Shown: positions 18,891 through 28,621 of the stretch, piece after piece
Position numbering within the stretch: the first letter of the stretch is position 1
Layout of the letters: every line of letters begins with the position of its first letter
Translations under genes and position numbers: made by a program
From: Candidatus Eiseniibacteriota bacterium
GTDB taxonomy: Bacteria; Eisenbacteria; RBG-16-71-46; CAVPCR01
Direction of reading: 5' to 3'
Assembly: GCA_963702435.1 (NCBI GenBank)
Contig: CAVPCR010000001.1
Location: 736,001 to 800,000 of the forward strand
DNA: 64,000 bases
The notes under the pieces: generated by a model
Told to the model about the DNA's origin: nothing
The model's database searches: none
Seen by the model: the letters and a program-made list of their open reading frames with translations, nothing else

Positions 18891-20528
18891 ATGCTCCGCG
18901 ATCTCCCGCTCCTCCCCGCGTTCGCGCTCGTCGTCGTGGTGGCGATCACGATCGCACTCGTCCTCTCGACGGGGGTCGAGGAGCGCGCCGAGTTCGTGTT
19001 CGACCTCGCCTCCGAGCCGGAGACCCTCGACCCGACCTACATCACCGACCAGCCCGGCGGGCGCATCGCGATGGCGCTCTTCGAGGGACTCACCACCCGC
19101 CACCCGCTGAGCCTCGCCCCCGAGCCCGGCGTCGCCTACCGCTGGGATATCTCGCCGGACGGCCGCGCGCTCACCTTCCACCTCCGCCCCGCGCGCTGGT
19201 CGAACGGCGACCCGGTCACGGCCGGCGATTTCGTCTTCCAGTGGCGGCGGGTCCTCGCCCCGGAGAGCGGCGCCCGCTACGTGGACCTCTTCTTCGCGAT
19301 CGAGAACGCCGAGCGCTTCGCCCGCGGCGCGCTCGCCGACCCCGACTCGCTCGGCTTCGCCGCTCCTGACGACTCGACCCTCGTCGTCCGCCTCGCCCGC
19401 CCGACCGCCTACTTCCTCGACCTCTGCGCCCACTATCCGTTCTATCCGACGCATCCGCGCGTCGTCAGCGCCCACGGCGAGGACTGGATCCGTCCCGAGC
19501 ACATCGTCTCGAACGGCCCGTTCACGCTCGTCGACTGGCAGCTCCGCCGCCGGATCCGCCTGCAGAAGAATCCGCAGTACTGGGACGCGGCCCACGTCGA
19601 CCTCGCCCTCGCCGACGCCATCTTCAGCGAACAGGCCTCCACCGCCTTCAACCTCTATGCCGCCGGCGAGACCGACTGGATCGACTCATCGAGCATCCCG
19701 CCCATGATCCGCGATGCGGTCCTCTCGCGGCCCGACTTCCACACGAGCCCCTATCTCAACACCTTCTTCTACCGGCTGAACGTGCGGCGGCCGCCGCTCG
19801 ATGACAAGCGCGTGCGGCAGGCGCTCAATCTCGCAATCGACAAGCAGGCGATCACGACCCACATCACGCGGAGCGGGCAGATTCCGGCCACGCACCTCGT
19901 GCCGCCGGGGCTGCCGGGATACGCGAGCCCGCCCGGTCCTGCCTGCGACCCCGCGCGCGCCCGCGCCCTCCTCGCCGCGGCGGGGTATCCCGGCGGGCGC
20001 GGCTTCCCGCCGCTCGAGCTCCTCTTCAACACCTCGGAGGAGCAGCGCCCGATCGCCGAGGTGGTGCAGGCGCAGTGGCTTGAGGAACTCGGCATCCGCT
20101 GCGAGCTCCGCAACCAGGAGTGGAAGGTGTTCCTGAACTCGACGCGGGCGGGCGAGTACCAGGTCGCGCGCGGCGGCTGGATCGGGGACTACCTCGATCC
20201 CACCACCTTCCTCGAGCTGTGGCTGCCCGAGAACGCCAACAACCGCACGGGCTGGTCGGATCCCGCGTACACGGAGCTCATCGCGCAGGCCGCGGCGGAG
20301 GCCGATCCGGAGCGCCGCACCGCGCTCCTCGCCGCGGCCGAGGCCCACCTCCTCGACGCGACGCCGATCATCCCGCTCTACTTCCTCGTCACGCTCAACT
20401 GCTACGACGACAGCCGCTTCGGCGGCTGCGAGCCGAACCTCCTCAACATGCTCTTCCTGAAGCACGTGTACCGCAAGGACCGCGCCGCCGTAGCAGCGGC
20501 GGCTGCGGCGCGCGCGGGCATGCCATGA
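18891..20528 (+). CDS. oppA: Oligopeptide ABC transporter substrate-binding protein
   Basis: EPETLDP, LFEGL, WSNGDPVTAGDF, SNGPF, KNPQYW, GWIGDYLDP. Confidence 0.93.
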   Translation: MLRDLPLLPAFALVVVVAITIALVLSTGVEERAEFVFDLASEPETLDPTYITDQPGGRIAMALFEGLTTRHPLSLAPEPGVAYRWDISPDGRALTFHLRPARWSNGDPVTAGDFVFQWRRVLAPESGARYVDLFFAIENAERFARGALADPDSLGFAAPDDSTLVVRLARPTAYFLDLCAHYPFYPTHPRVVSAHGEDWIRPEHIVSNGPFTLVDWQLRRRIRLQKNPQYWDAAHVDLALADAIFSEQASTAFNLYAAGETDWIDSSSIPPMIRDAVLSRPDFHTSPYLNTFFYRLNVRRPPLDDKRVRQALNLAIDKQAITTHITRSGQIPATHLVPPGLPGYASPPGPACDPARARALLAAAGYPGGRGFPPLELLFNTSEEQRPIAEVVQAQWLEELGIRCELRNQEWKVFLNSTRAGEYQVARGGWIGDYLDPTTFLELWLPENANNRTGWSDPAYTELIAQAAAEADPERRTALLAAAEAHLLDATPIIPLYFLVTLNCYDDSRFGGCEPNLLNMLFLKHVYRKDRAAVAAAAAARAGMP

Positions 20529-21442
20529 TCGCCTACGTCCTCCGGCGGCTCCTCTCCCTCCTCCCGCTCCTCGCCCTCGCCCTCTTCCTCGCCTTCCTCT
20601 TCATGCGCACGGCGCCCGGCGGACCGTTCGACCTCGAGCGGAGCCTGCCGCGCGAGATCGAGGCCCAGGTCCGCGCCCGCTACCACCTCGACGAGCCGCT
20701 CGCGACCCAGTTCGGCCGCTACGCGGCGGACCTCCTCCGCGGCGACCTCGGCCCCTCCTTCCGCTACCGGAACCGCTCGGTCGCGGAGATCATCGCGGCG
20801 AGCGCGCCCGTGTCGCTCACCCTCGGCGCACTGGCCATGGCGATCGCGCTCGTCACCGGGGTGGCGGTCGGCGTGGTCGCCGCGCTCCGCCGCGACACCT
20901 GGATCGACCATGCGACGATGGGGTTCGCCATGGCCGGGATCTCGATCCCCGCCTTCGTGCTCGGCCCCCTCTTCGTCCTCGTCCTCGCGTTCGGGCTCGG
21001 CCTCTTCCCTCCGGCCGGGTGGGGCGCGCTCCACCACCTCGTCCTCCCCGCGCTCACGCTCGCCGCCTCGCGCACGGCGATCATCGCCCGCCTCACCCGG
21101 AGCGGCATGATCGAGACCCTCGAGCAGGACTTCATACGCACGGCCCGGGCCAAAGGCCTCTCCGCGATGGCGGTCGCGCTCCGCCACGCGCTCCCGGTCG
21201 CGATCCTCCCCGTCGTCTCCTACCTGGGGCCGGCCACCGCCGCCACGCTCACCGGATCGGTCGTCGTCGAGCGCATCTTCCTCGTGCCCGGCCTCGGCAC
21301 CTTCTTCGTGCAGAGCGCGCTCAACCGCGACTACACGCTGGCCATGGGCACGGTCCTCTTCTACTCGGCGCTCCTCATGCTCCTCAACCTGGTCGTCGAC
21401 CTCGCGTACGCGGTCCTCGACCCGCGGGTGAAGCTCGAATGA
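20525..21442 (+). CDS. oppB: Oligopeptide ABC transporter permease
   Basis: APGGPF, GDLGPSF, EAA loop DFIRTARAKGL, DLAYAVLDPRV. Confidence 0.93.
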   Translation: MIAYVLRRLLSLLPLLALALFLAFLFMRTAPGGPFDLERSLPREIEAQVRARYHLDEPLATQFGRYAADLLRGDLGPSFRYRNRSVAEIIAASAPVSLTLGALAMAIALVTGVAVGVVAALRRDTWIDHATMGFAMAGISIPAFVLGPLFVLVLAFGLGLFPPAGWGALHHLVLPALTLAASRTAIIARLTRSGMIETLEQDFIRTARAKGLSAMAVALRHALPVAILPVVSYLGPATAATLTGSVVVERIFLVPGLGTFFVQSALNRDYTLAMGTVLFYSALLMLLNLVVDLAYAVLDPRVKLE

Positions 21443-22248
21443 CCCGCGTCGCCGCCCTCCTCCTCGCGGCCATCGTCGCCGCGACCGTCGTGATCCCGCT
21501 CGCGAGCCCCTATCGCTTCGACGAGCAGGACCTCGCACGCCAGCTCGAACCGCCGTCGCGCGCCCATCCGTTCGGCACCGATCTCCAGGGCCGCGATCTC
21601 CTGGTGCGGGTCGCGCACGGCGGGCGGATCTCGCTTCTCGTCGGGCTGGTGGCGACCCTCGTGAGCCTCGCGATCGGCGTCACCTGGGGCGCGGTCGCCG
21701 GCTACGCGGGCGGGCGCATCGACCACTGGATGATGCGCTTCGTGGATCTCCTCTATGCGCTCCCGTTCATGTTCTTCGTGATCCTCCTCGTCACCTACTT
21801 CGGGCGCTCCATGGTCCTCCTCTTCATCGCGCTCGGCGCCGTCCAGTGGCTGACCATGAGCCGCATCGTGCGTGGCCAGGTCCTCTCCCTGAAGGCGGAG
21901 CCCTTCGTCGAGGCGGCGCGCGCCCTCGGCGCCTCGGGGCCGCGGATCCTCGGCCGCCACATCCTGCCGAACCTGGTCGGGCCGGTGATCGTCTACTCGA
22001 CGCTCACCGTGCCCGCAGTGATCCTCGAGGAGGCGTTCCTGAGCTTCCTCGGCCTCGGCGTGTCGCCGCCGCGCACGAGCTGGGGACTCCTCGCGGCGGA
22101 GGGGGCGGCTGCGATCTCGATCGTGCGCACGAACTGGTGGCTCGTCGTCTTCCCGGGCGCGGCCCTCGGGCTGACGCTCCTCGCGCTCAACTTCGTCGGG
22201 GACGGACTGCGCACGGCGCTCGATCCGCGGAGCGCGCGGCGGCGGTGA
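21439..22248 (+). CDS. oppC: Oligopeptide ABC transporter permease
   Basis: HPFGTDLQGRD, FVEAARALGA, HILPN, GDGLRTALDP. Confidence 0.93.
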   Translation: MTRVAALLLAAIVAATVVIPLASPYRFDEQDLARQLEPPSRAHPFGTDLQGRDLLVRVAHGGRISLLVGLVATLVSLAIGVTWGAVAGYAGGRIDHWMMRFVDLLYALPFMFFVILLVTYFGRSMVLLFIALGAVQWLTMSRIVRGQVLSLKAEPFVEAARALGASGPRILGRHILPNLVGPVIVYSTLTVPAVILEEAFLSFLGLGVSPPRTSWGLLAAEGAAAISIVRTNWWLVVFPGAALGLTLLALNFVGDGLRTALDPRSARRR

Positions 22249-22255
22249 GCGCCGC

Positions 22256-22969
22256 TCAGGCGCCCCGCAAGCTCTTGATGCAGTGGAGCACGAGCGGATG
22301 CCCCTCGGAGAGCCCATACACCTCGCGATAGAGGCTCCTGAGCGCGTGCTCGATCGCATCCGACCGGAGATCGGGCTCGCGCATCGGCAGCATGTAGATC
22401 CAGTAGGGCACGACCGGGAGCTCGGGCCCCAGCGGCGGCGCCTGGAAATCGGCGTGGATGCGCTGGAACCCGAGGCGCTCGTAGAAGCCGATGCGCCGCC
22501 TGCAGAGCTCGCGCGCGGTCGAATCCCGGGCGAGCTCGGGGCGCTCGACCTCGAGGAACACCCAGTGCGGCGGGCGCGGGTAGGTGGCCGCCCAGCGATC
22601 CACGATCGAGCGGAAGAGCGCGGTGCCCACGCCCTTCCCGCGCCGGCTCTCCTCGACCGCGAGGTAGGCGATGTAGGCGAGGCCGATCGAGGTGACATGA
22701 AGGCCGGTCGCGAAGCCGCACACCCCGCTCGGGCTCATCGCCACGTGGAAGGAGTGTCCCCCCGGCTCCTCGTGCGGCTGCGGGACGAGCTGCATCAAGG
22801 CCGCGTCCTCGATCCGCTGCTCCGGGGGGAACGCGGCATGGAAGATGCGGACGACCGCCTGCGCATCGGCCCGGCTCAGGTTGGTGACGGGTCGAATCTG
22901 GACCTCGCCCTCGAACCCGCCGCCCGCGCCGGATCCCGGCGCCGCGGCGAAGTCGTGATCTCGTGCCAT
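22256..22969 (-). CDS. GNAT family N-acetyltransferase
   Basis: YLAVEESRRGKGVGT acetyl-CoA motif; RRIGFYERLGF. Confidence 0.85.
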   Translation of the reverse strand: MARDHDFAAAPGSGAGGGFEGEVQIRPVTNLSRADAQAVVRIFHAAFPPEQRIEDAALMQLVPQPHEEPGGHSFHVAMSPSGVCGFATGLHVTSIGLAYIAYLAVEESRRGKGVGTALFRSIVDRWAATYPRPPHWVFLEVERPELARDSTARELCRRRIGFYERLGFQRIHADFQAPPLGPELPVVPYWIYMLPMREPDLRSDAIEHALRSLYREVYGLSEGHPLVLHCIKSLRGA

Positions 22970-23228
22970 CTTTCCCTCCCGGCGCGCGCTCCGGCGGCCG
23001 CCCGCTCCCGGCCGGTCGAGGAACCGTCCGGCCCCCCGCAAGGTACCACCAGTGACCAGCACCCGGCACTCCGGCGGCGGTATCCGGCCGCAACCCGGGC
23101 CGACGGATCGTTGTCACTCGCCGAGCGCCCTGTTAGGCTCAACCGGCGCCCTGAACAGGCAGCATCTCCCGCTTCCCTGCGGGTCGTCTGGCGACCGGCC
23201 CCGGCCGGTCCTCGAGGAGGATCATCGC

Positions 23229-23873
23229 ATGCGCTCCCTCACCCTTCGCTTCGCCCTGGTCCTCGCCGCCGCCGGCATCGCCGCCGTCCTGCCCACGGCC
23301 CGGGCCGAGGAGAAGCCAACGGCCTTGACCGCCCCGGCCCAGGCCGGGAAGCCGGCCGGCGAGAATCCGGTCGTGGCCGTCAAGACCTCGATGGGTGACC
23401 TGAAGATCCGCCTCTTCCAGGACAAGGCCCCGATCTCGGTCGCCAATTTCCTTTCCTACGTGGACGACCGGTTCTACGACGGGACCGTCTTCCACCGGGT
23501 GATCGAAAGCTTCATGGTCCAGGGTGGCGGATTCACCGCCGACCTCGCCAAGAAGGAGACCAAGGCGCCCATCAAGAACGAGGCGACGAACGGCCTCTCC
23601 AACAAGATGGGCACCGTGGCGATGGCTCGCACCAATATCGTGGACAGCGCGACATCCCAGTTCTTCATCAATGTCGCCGACAACACGTTCCTCGATCACA
23701 AGAACGGCACGCCCCGCGACTACGGCTACGCGGTGTTCGGCGAGGTGATCTCCGGAATGGACGTGGTCGAGCGGATCAAGGCGGTCAAGACGGGGGCGAA
23801 GGGCGCTTTCTCGAGCGACTGCCCCCTCGAGCCGGTCACCATCCTGTCGATCCGGCGCGCTGACGGGGGCTAG
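23229..23873 (+). CDS. ppiA: Periplasmic cyclophilin-type peptidyl-prolyl isomerase
   Basis: Signal peptide; FHRVIESFMVQGGG, AMART, SATSQFFIN, GYAVFG. Confidence 0.93.
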   Translation: MRSLTLRFALVLAAAGIAAVLPTARAEEKPTALTAPAQAGKPAGENPVVAVKTSMGDLKIRLFQDKAPISVANFLSYVDDRFYDGTVFHRVIESFMVQGGGFTADLAKKETKAPIKNEATNGLSNKMGTVAMARTNIVDSATSQFFINVADNTFLDHKNGTPRDYGYAVFGEVISGMDVVERIKAVKTGAKGAFSSDCPLEPVTILSIRRADGG

Positions 23874-24111
23874 TCCCCGCGGGCCCCCCGCCCGCCCCGG
23901 CTTCGCGCTCGCCCCCCGCCGAGGCGAGGGTGCCGGCCCCGGCGGCGGAGCGACCCGCCCCGCACGCCGGGCAGATCTACCATGAGAATTATAGATTCCC
24001 GGCGCTTCCTGCCGGCTGCCGGCTGCCGATTCCACTGACGCTCAAAAGCACCCGGGATCTACAATTGCCTCAGGCGAGCCTTTTCCGCCCGCCCTATCTT
24101 GGAGGGCCGCC

Positions 24112-24549
24112 GTGAGTCAGAAACGACGCAGCCGCGAAGACATCGTGAGGCTCCTCGCGGATTGCGGTCTCAACCTCACTGCACAGCGCGTAGCCATCGC
24201 CGAGACCGTGCTGAACAGCCACACCCATCCCACGGCCGAAGAGGTCTACCGGGCGGTGTGCACCGTGCTTCCCGTCGTGTCCCGGGCCACCGTCTACAAC
24301 ACGCTCAAGCTCCTGGTGCGCCAGGGCCTGCTGCATGCCATCTCGGTCGAGGAAGGGGCCGTTCACTACGATCCCTGGCTCGACCCGCACCCTCACTTCC
24401 TCGACACGCGGACGCATCGCCTGATCGACATCCCGGACGAGGAGATTCTCTCCTTCGAGCATCGGCTCGATGAGTCGCGCTTCGAGGTCGATGACGTGCA
24501 GGTGCTGTTCCGCGGCCGCGCGCTGAGTCCAAGCCCGGCCGCGCGCTGA
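24112..24549 (+). CDS. Fur/PerR-family transcriptional regulator
   Basis: TAQRVAI, HPTAEEVY, SRATVYNTL, HPHF. Confidence 0.92.
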   Translation: MSQKRRSREDIVRLLADCGLNLTAQRVAIAETVLNSHTHPTAEEVYRAVCTVLPVVSRATVYNTLKLLVRQGLLHAISVEEGAVHYDPWLDPHPHFLDTRTHRLIDIPDEEILSFEHRLDESRFEVDDVQVLFRGRALSPSPAAR

Positions 24550-24573
24550 GCGGGGCGGAGCCCGCGGTCACGC

Positions 24574-25047
24574 CTAGGGCTCGCGCTCCATCGCGAAGAA
24601 CTCGACCTCGCGAAAGCCGTTCGCGCCGAAGAAGGCGCGCAGCGGGTCGTCCGGTCGCACCAGGCACTGGATGAACGGCACGCGGAAGCGGCGGAAGACC
24701 TCGAACATCGCCTTGATCAGGTGCGTGCCGACGTCCCGGCGGCGGTGTTCCGGATGCACGCCGATCGTGACGATGCGCCCGCAGCGCGGGATGCCGAACT
24801 GGTACGACTGGATATCGCCGATCATGAAGCCGACGACCTGCCCGCCCGCCTCGGCCACCTGGCACAGCTCCGGCGACAGTTCGCTTTGCGCTCCGGCCTC
24901 CTCGGACAGATAGGCGCCGAGCATCCCGCGCCAGAAGCCGGCCTTCCGCTCGCCGCTGATCAGACCGTCGATATGGATCACGGCCTCGACGTCGCCGGTC
25001 CGGATGGCACGCACGGTCACCGCCTCGCTCTTCTCTCGCTCGATCAC
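24574..25047 (-). CDS. GNAT family N-acetyltransferase
   Basis: VVGFMIGDI, TIGVHPEHRRRDVG; GTG start with GGAGG RBS. Confidence 0.85.
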   Translation of the reverse strand: MIEREKSEAVTVRAIRTGDVEAVIHIDGLISGERKAGFWRGMLGAYLSEEAGAQSELSPELCQVAEAGGQVVGFMIGDIQSYQFGIPRCGRIVTIGVHPEHRRRDVGTHLIKAMFEVFRRFRVPFIQCLVRPDDPLRAFFGANGFREVEFFAMEREP

Positions 25048-25088
25048 CAGAACCTCCCGTCGGCCGCGCCGGCACCCGGCGGCTGCCG

Positions 25089-26045
25089 CTACCCCGCCGC
25101 TCGCGCGCTGATCTCGAGCATGCGCTCGATCGCGACCAGGGCCCGGCTGCGCACGGGCTCCTCCACCGTGACCTCCGGCCGCCGGTCGCGCATGCACAGG
25201 TACACCTTCTCGAGCGTGTTCAGCCTCATGTGCGGGCACTCGTTGCAGGCGCAGCCCGAGTCCGGCGGCGCCGGGATGAAGACCTTGTCCGGGCTCTGCT
25301 TCTGCATCTGATGGATGATGCCCGGCTCGGTGACGACGATGAACGCCCGCTCCGGGCGCTCGGTGACGTGCTCGAGGAGGGCCGAGGTCGAGCCGACGAA
25401 ATCGGCGAGCGCCAGCACCCGCTCGGTGCACTCGGGGTGCGCGACGACACGGGCCTCGGGATGGCGCACCTTGAGCTGGACCAGCTTCTTCTCCGAGAAG
25501 ATGTCGTGGACTACGCAGGCGCCGGGCCAGAGCACCATCGACCGGCCGGTCTTCCCGGCCAGGAAGCGACCCAGGTTCTGGTCGGGACCGAAGATGATGG
25601 GCCTCTCGGGCGGGACCGAGCGGATCACGGCCTCGGCGTTCGATGACGTGCAGATCACGTCGGAGAGCGCCTTCACCGCCGCCGAGCAGTTGATGTACGA
25701 GATCACGACGTGCCCCGGATGGGCGTCGATGAAGGCCTTGAAGCGGTCGGGGGGGCAGCTCTCGGAGAGCGAGCAGCCGGCGTCGAGGTCGGGAACGAGG
25801 ACGAGCTTGTCCGGATTGAGGATCTTGGCGGTCTCCGCCATGAAGTGCACGCCGGCGAAGACGATGACGTCGGCCGCGGTCCTCTTCGCCGCCTGGGCGA
25901 GCTTAAGGCTGTCGCCGATCGTGTCGGCGACATCCTGGATGTCGGGCTCCTGGTAATAGTGTGCGAGGAGGACCGCGTTCAGCTTCTTCTTGAGGACCGC
26001 GATCTCGGCGAAGAGGTCGAGATCGGCCTGGACCGGCGTCGGCAC
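25089..26045 (-). CDS. nadA: Quinolinate synthase
   Basis: [44 protein letters not shown]. Confidence 0.96.
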   Translation of the reverse strand: MPTPVQADLDLFAEIAVLKKKLNAVLLAHYYQEPDIQDVADTIGDSLKLAQAAKRTAADVIVFAGVHFMAETAKILNPDKLVLVPDLDAGCSLSESCPPDRFKAFIDAHPGHVVISYINCSAAVKALSDVICTSSNAEAVIRSVPPERPIIFGPDQNLGRFLAGKTGRSMVLWPGACVVHDIFSEKKLVQLKVRHPEARVVAHPECTERVLALADFVGSTSALLEHVTERPERAFIVVTEPGIIHQMQKQSPDKVFIPAPPDSGCACNECPHMRLNTLEKVYLCMRDRRPEVTVEEPVRSRALVAIERMLEISARAAG

Positions 26046-26180
26046 GATGGTGATGCTCCCTTTCCGGCGAGCCGGCCCGGGTGGCAATGCCCACTCGCAC
26101 CCAGCCCTGGAAGCTCGCTCAGGCGAGCTTACCATGCCCCTCGCCGCCCGGTGGAGCGCGGCCGGCGATGCCCGGCGCCA

Positions 26181-26202
26181 GAGTTTACATGGAGTTCACA
26201 TG
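26181..26202 (+). promoter_or_regulatory. 11-bp tandem direct repeat, PhoP/OmpR-type box candidate
   Basis: GAGTTTACATG GAGTTCACATG, i.e. TTHACA-N5-TTHACA. Confidence 0.5.
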
Positions 26203-26360
26203 GCGCCCACACCCCGGTGACAGCCGGAACGCGCCTCGACCCGTATCCTTCTACACAACGCTGGCTCCGGGAACGTGGCCCCCGCCGCGACCGGCACCAT
26301 GAGCCACCGGATATACACACCCCCGCGGCATCAACTCAACTCTTCATGGAGGTATCTGGA

Positions 26361-26825
26361 ATGCGCAAGCTCATCGCTCCGTCCATCCTTGCTCTGGCCA
26401 TCATGAGCTTCACGGCCAGCGTCTACGCCGGCGGCAGCGCCTGCTCGAGCTCGAGCAAGAGCGCCTCGGCCTGCGTCGGCAAGAGCGCTGCCTCCTGCTG
26501 CCCCGCGGGCAAGACCGCAGGGATGCCCGACGGCATGAAGATCGAGACGGCGCGCATCGGGAGCGGCTCCCTCGTCGTCCTGTACAGCTCGGACCAGGCG
26601 GACGTCGTGAAGACCCTGCAGGCGAAGGCCGCTAGCGGCGCCGCCGACTTCAGCTGCGGCGTCTGCCGCGAGATCGCGAAGGCGGGGAACTGCAAGGTCG
26701 AGCTCGTGCCCTTCTCCGGCGGCGTGATGGCCTTCGTCACGTCCGACAAGACCGAGTCGATCGACGCCTACGAGAAGCAGTACGCCGCGCTCACGACCAC
26801 AGCGACCGCACCGGCTGCCAACTAG
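26361..26825 (+). CDS. Secreted Cys-rich hypothetical protein
   Basis: GGAGG RBS, signal peptide, ACS..AC..SCCP and CGVC; followed by a terminator. Confidence 0.8.
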   Translation: MRKLIAPSILALAIMSFTASVYAGGSACSSSSKSASACVGKSAASCCPAGKTAGMPDGMKIETARIGSGSLVVLYSSDQADVVKTLQAKAASGAADFSCGVCREIAKAGNCKVELVPFSGGVMAFVTSDKTESIDAYEKQYAALTTTATAPAAN

Positions 26826-26878
26826 CGCTGCGGACGGACCCCCGAGAGACGGTCCCGGTCCCCATCCCCCCGGCGACG

Positions 26879-26911
26879 AACGCCACCGGCTCCCGGCCGG
26901 TGGCGTTTTCG
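26879..26911 (+). terminator. Intrinsic terminator
   Basis: AACGCCACCGGC-TCCCG-GCCGGTGGCGTT followed by TTCG. Confidence 0.75.
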
Positions 26912-26943
26912 TTGGCGGCGCCAGGCGGTACCATCCGCTGACG

Positions 26944-27849
26944 ATGCGACCCCGATTCACCCCCCTCCCCGCCATCGCGCTGACCGCGTCGCTCCTGGTC
27001 GGATCCACCGCCCCCGGCCGCGCCGGCGGCCCCGGGATCTCCTGGCCGCTCGAGCTGTCCGGAGCGGCGCGGCTCCCGGACGGCTCCCTGGTCCTGGTGG
27101 ACGACGAGACGCGGGACGCGGTCTTCCTGTGGAGCGGCCGGACCGACGAGGGTCCGGCGCGGATCGGGATCGGCGCCTCCCTCGACGATCTGGAAGGCGC
27201 GGCAGCGGACTCGAGCGGGCTCGTCTATCTCCTCACGTCGCACTCGATGACCAGGGGCGGCAAGCTCCGCGCCGACCGCCAGCGCCTCGTCCGGCTCCGC
27301 CTCGCCCCGGGGGCCCGGGTCGAGATCGCGGCCGACCTCCGGGCCGCCCTCGGGCTCCTCCTGACCGGGGACGAGGCCCATCCCGGCCCGCCCCTCAACC
27401 TGGAGGGGCTCGCGTGGTATCCTCGCCGGGACGAGCTGATCCTTGGCGCGCGCGCCCCGCTCAGCTCGGGCCGCGCCCTCCTGGTGAGCCTCGGTCCCGC
27501 CGGGAGCCTCTTCGACCCGGCGCGGGCGGCCGGAGATCTGGGTCCCCTCCATCCGACCGTCGCCGCGCTCGATCTGGGCGGTCGCGGCGTGCGGAGCCTC
27601 GATTTCGACCCCTGGCGGCAGGCGATCCTCATCCTCGCCGGGCCGCCGGCCGATGGCCAGGAGGGGAGCGCTCTCTATCTGTGGACCCCGGACGAGCCGG
27701 CAGCCGTGCCGCTCGCGGTGCCCGGCCTGGGTGAGATTCGCCGGCCCGAGGGGGTAGTGGCACTGGGTCCGCCCGGCCCCGACGGGGCCTCGCCGGTCCT
27801 GATCGTCGGCGAGGGAGAAGCCCCGGCGCGGCTCGCGGCGCGCCCCTGA
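26944..27849 (+). CDS. Secreted DUF3616-like beta-propeller protein
   Basis: Signal peptide; ELSG, VDDE, DDLEG, TSHS, NLEGL, LGARAP, LDLGGRGVR, RPEG. Confidence 0.72.
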   Translation: MRPRFTPLPAIALTASLLVGSTAPGRAGGPGISWPLELSGAARLPDGSLVLVDDETRDAVFLWSGRTDEGPARIGIGASLDDLEGAAADSSGLVYLLTSHSMTRGGKLRADRQRLVRLRLAPGARVEIAADLRAALGLLLTGDEAHPGPPLNLEGLAWYPRRDELILGARAPLSSGRALLVSLGPAGSLFDPARAAGDLGPLHPTVAALDLGGRGVRSLDFDPWRQAILILAGPPADGQEGSALYLWTPDEPAAVPLAVPGLGEIRRPEGVVALGPPGPDGASPVLIVGEGEAPARLAARP

Positions 27850-27867
27850 AGCCACCGAGAAAAGACC

Positions 27868-28539
27868 ATGTGGTTCACCGATCTTCTTGCCCACGCCCTC
27901 GGCCTGGGTGGCCGGATGCTCCTGGCGGCGGCGCTCGGCGTCCTCATCACGTACCGCCGGGACATGGATCGCCAGCAGCAGAGCATCCTCCACGCCCACG
28001 CGTTCCTGGCGGTGGCCGGCACTCTCCTCATCATGGTGATCGGGGATCAGATCGAGCGCGCCGTCGCCATCATCGGGGTCGCCTCGGTGATCCGCTACCG
28101 CTACTCGATCCGCAACCCGAAGGACGCGAGCACGCTCATCATCTCGCTCGGGCTCGGCATGGCGTGCGGCGCCGGACTCATCGGCATGGCCGCCATCGGC
28201 GCCGTGTTCATCGTCATCATCACGCGCCTCTTCGACCTCCTGCCGCAGGCGTTGCCGGAAGCGCTCCTCCATCCGCAGCGCGAGACGCATTTCCGGATCG
28301 TCACCACCAACCCGGACCGCACGCTGGGCAAGCTCGACCAGATTCTCGAATCGGCCTCGGTCAACTACTCTCTCACCTCGCTCGAACGCCGGCTGCGCGA
28401 CATCGGCCCGCCGCAGACGGTGATCGAGGGCATCGTGCGCTTCAACGGGAACCTGGAGGTGACCGATCTCACCGCGGACCTGGTCGACGATCATGTCCTC
28501 CAGATCGCCTGGAGGGAGATCGATCCGCTGGGCGAGTGA
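27868..28539 (+). CDS. DUF4956/MgtC-like membrane protein
   Basis: IIGVASVIRYRYSIRNPKD...GLGMACGAG; 4 TM helices plus an ACT-like C-terminal domain. Confidence 0.82.
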   Translation: MWFTDLLAHALGLGGRMLLAAALGVLITYRRDMDRQQQSILHAHAFLAVAGTLLIMVIGDQIERAVAIIGVASVIRYRYSIRNPKDASTLIISLGLGMACGAGLIGMAAIGAVFIVIITRLFDLLPQALPEALLHPQRETHFRIVTTNPDRTLGKLDQILESASVNYSLTSLERRLRDIGPPQTVIEGIVRFNGNLEVTDLTADLVDDHVLQIAWREIDPLGE

Positions 28540-28556
28540 AGGCTGAGCGCCGGCCC

Positions 28557-28621
28557 GGGCGCCCGCGAACGGGGCGCCGGTGGACCGGGGGCGCGCGGAC
28601 GGGCGCCCGCGAACGGGGCGC
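28557..28621. repeat. Two copies of a 21-bp REP-like palindromic unit
   Basis: GGGCGCCCGCGAACGGGGCGC at 28557 and 28601, between convergent genes. Confidence 0.7.

Noticed and set aside
23981..23998. Fur/PerR box upstream of the Fur-like gene
   Set aside because: AT-rich (CATGAGAATTATAGATTC), but the dyad symmetry is too weak to support a call.
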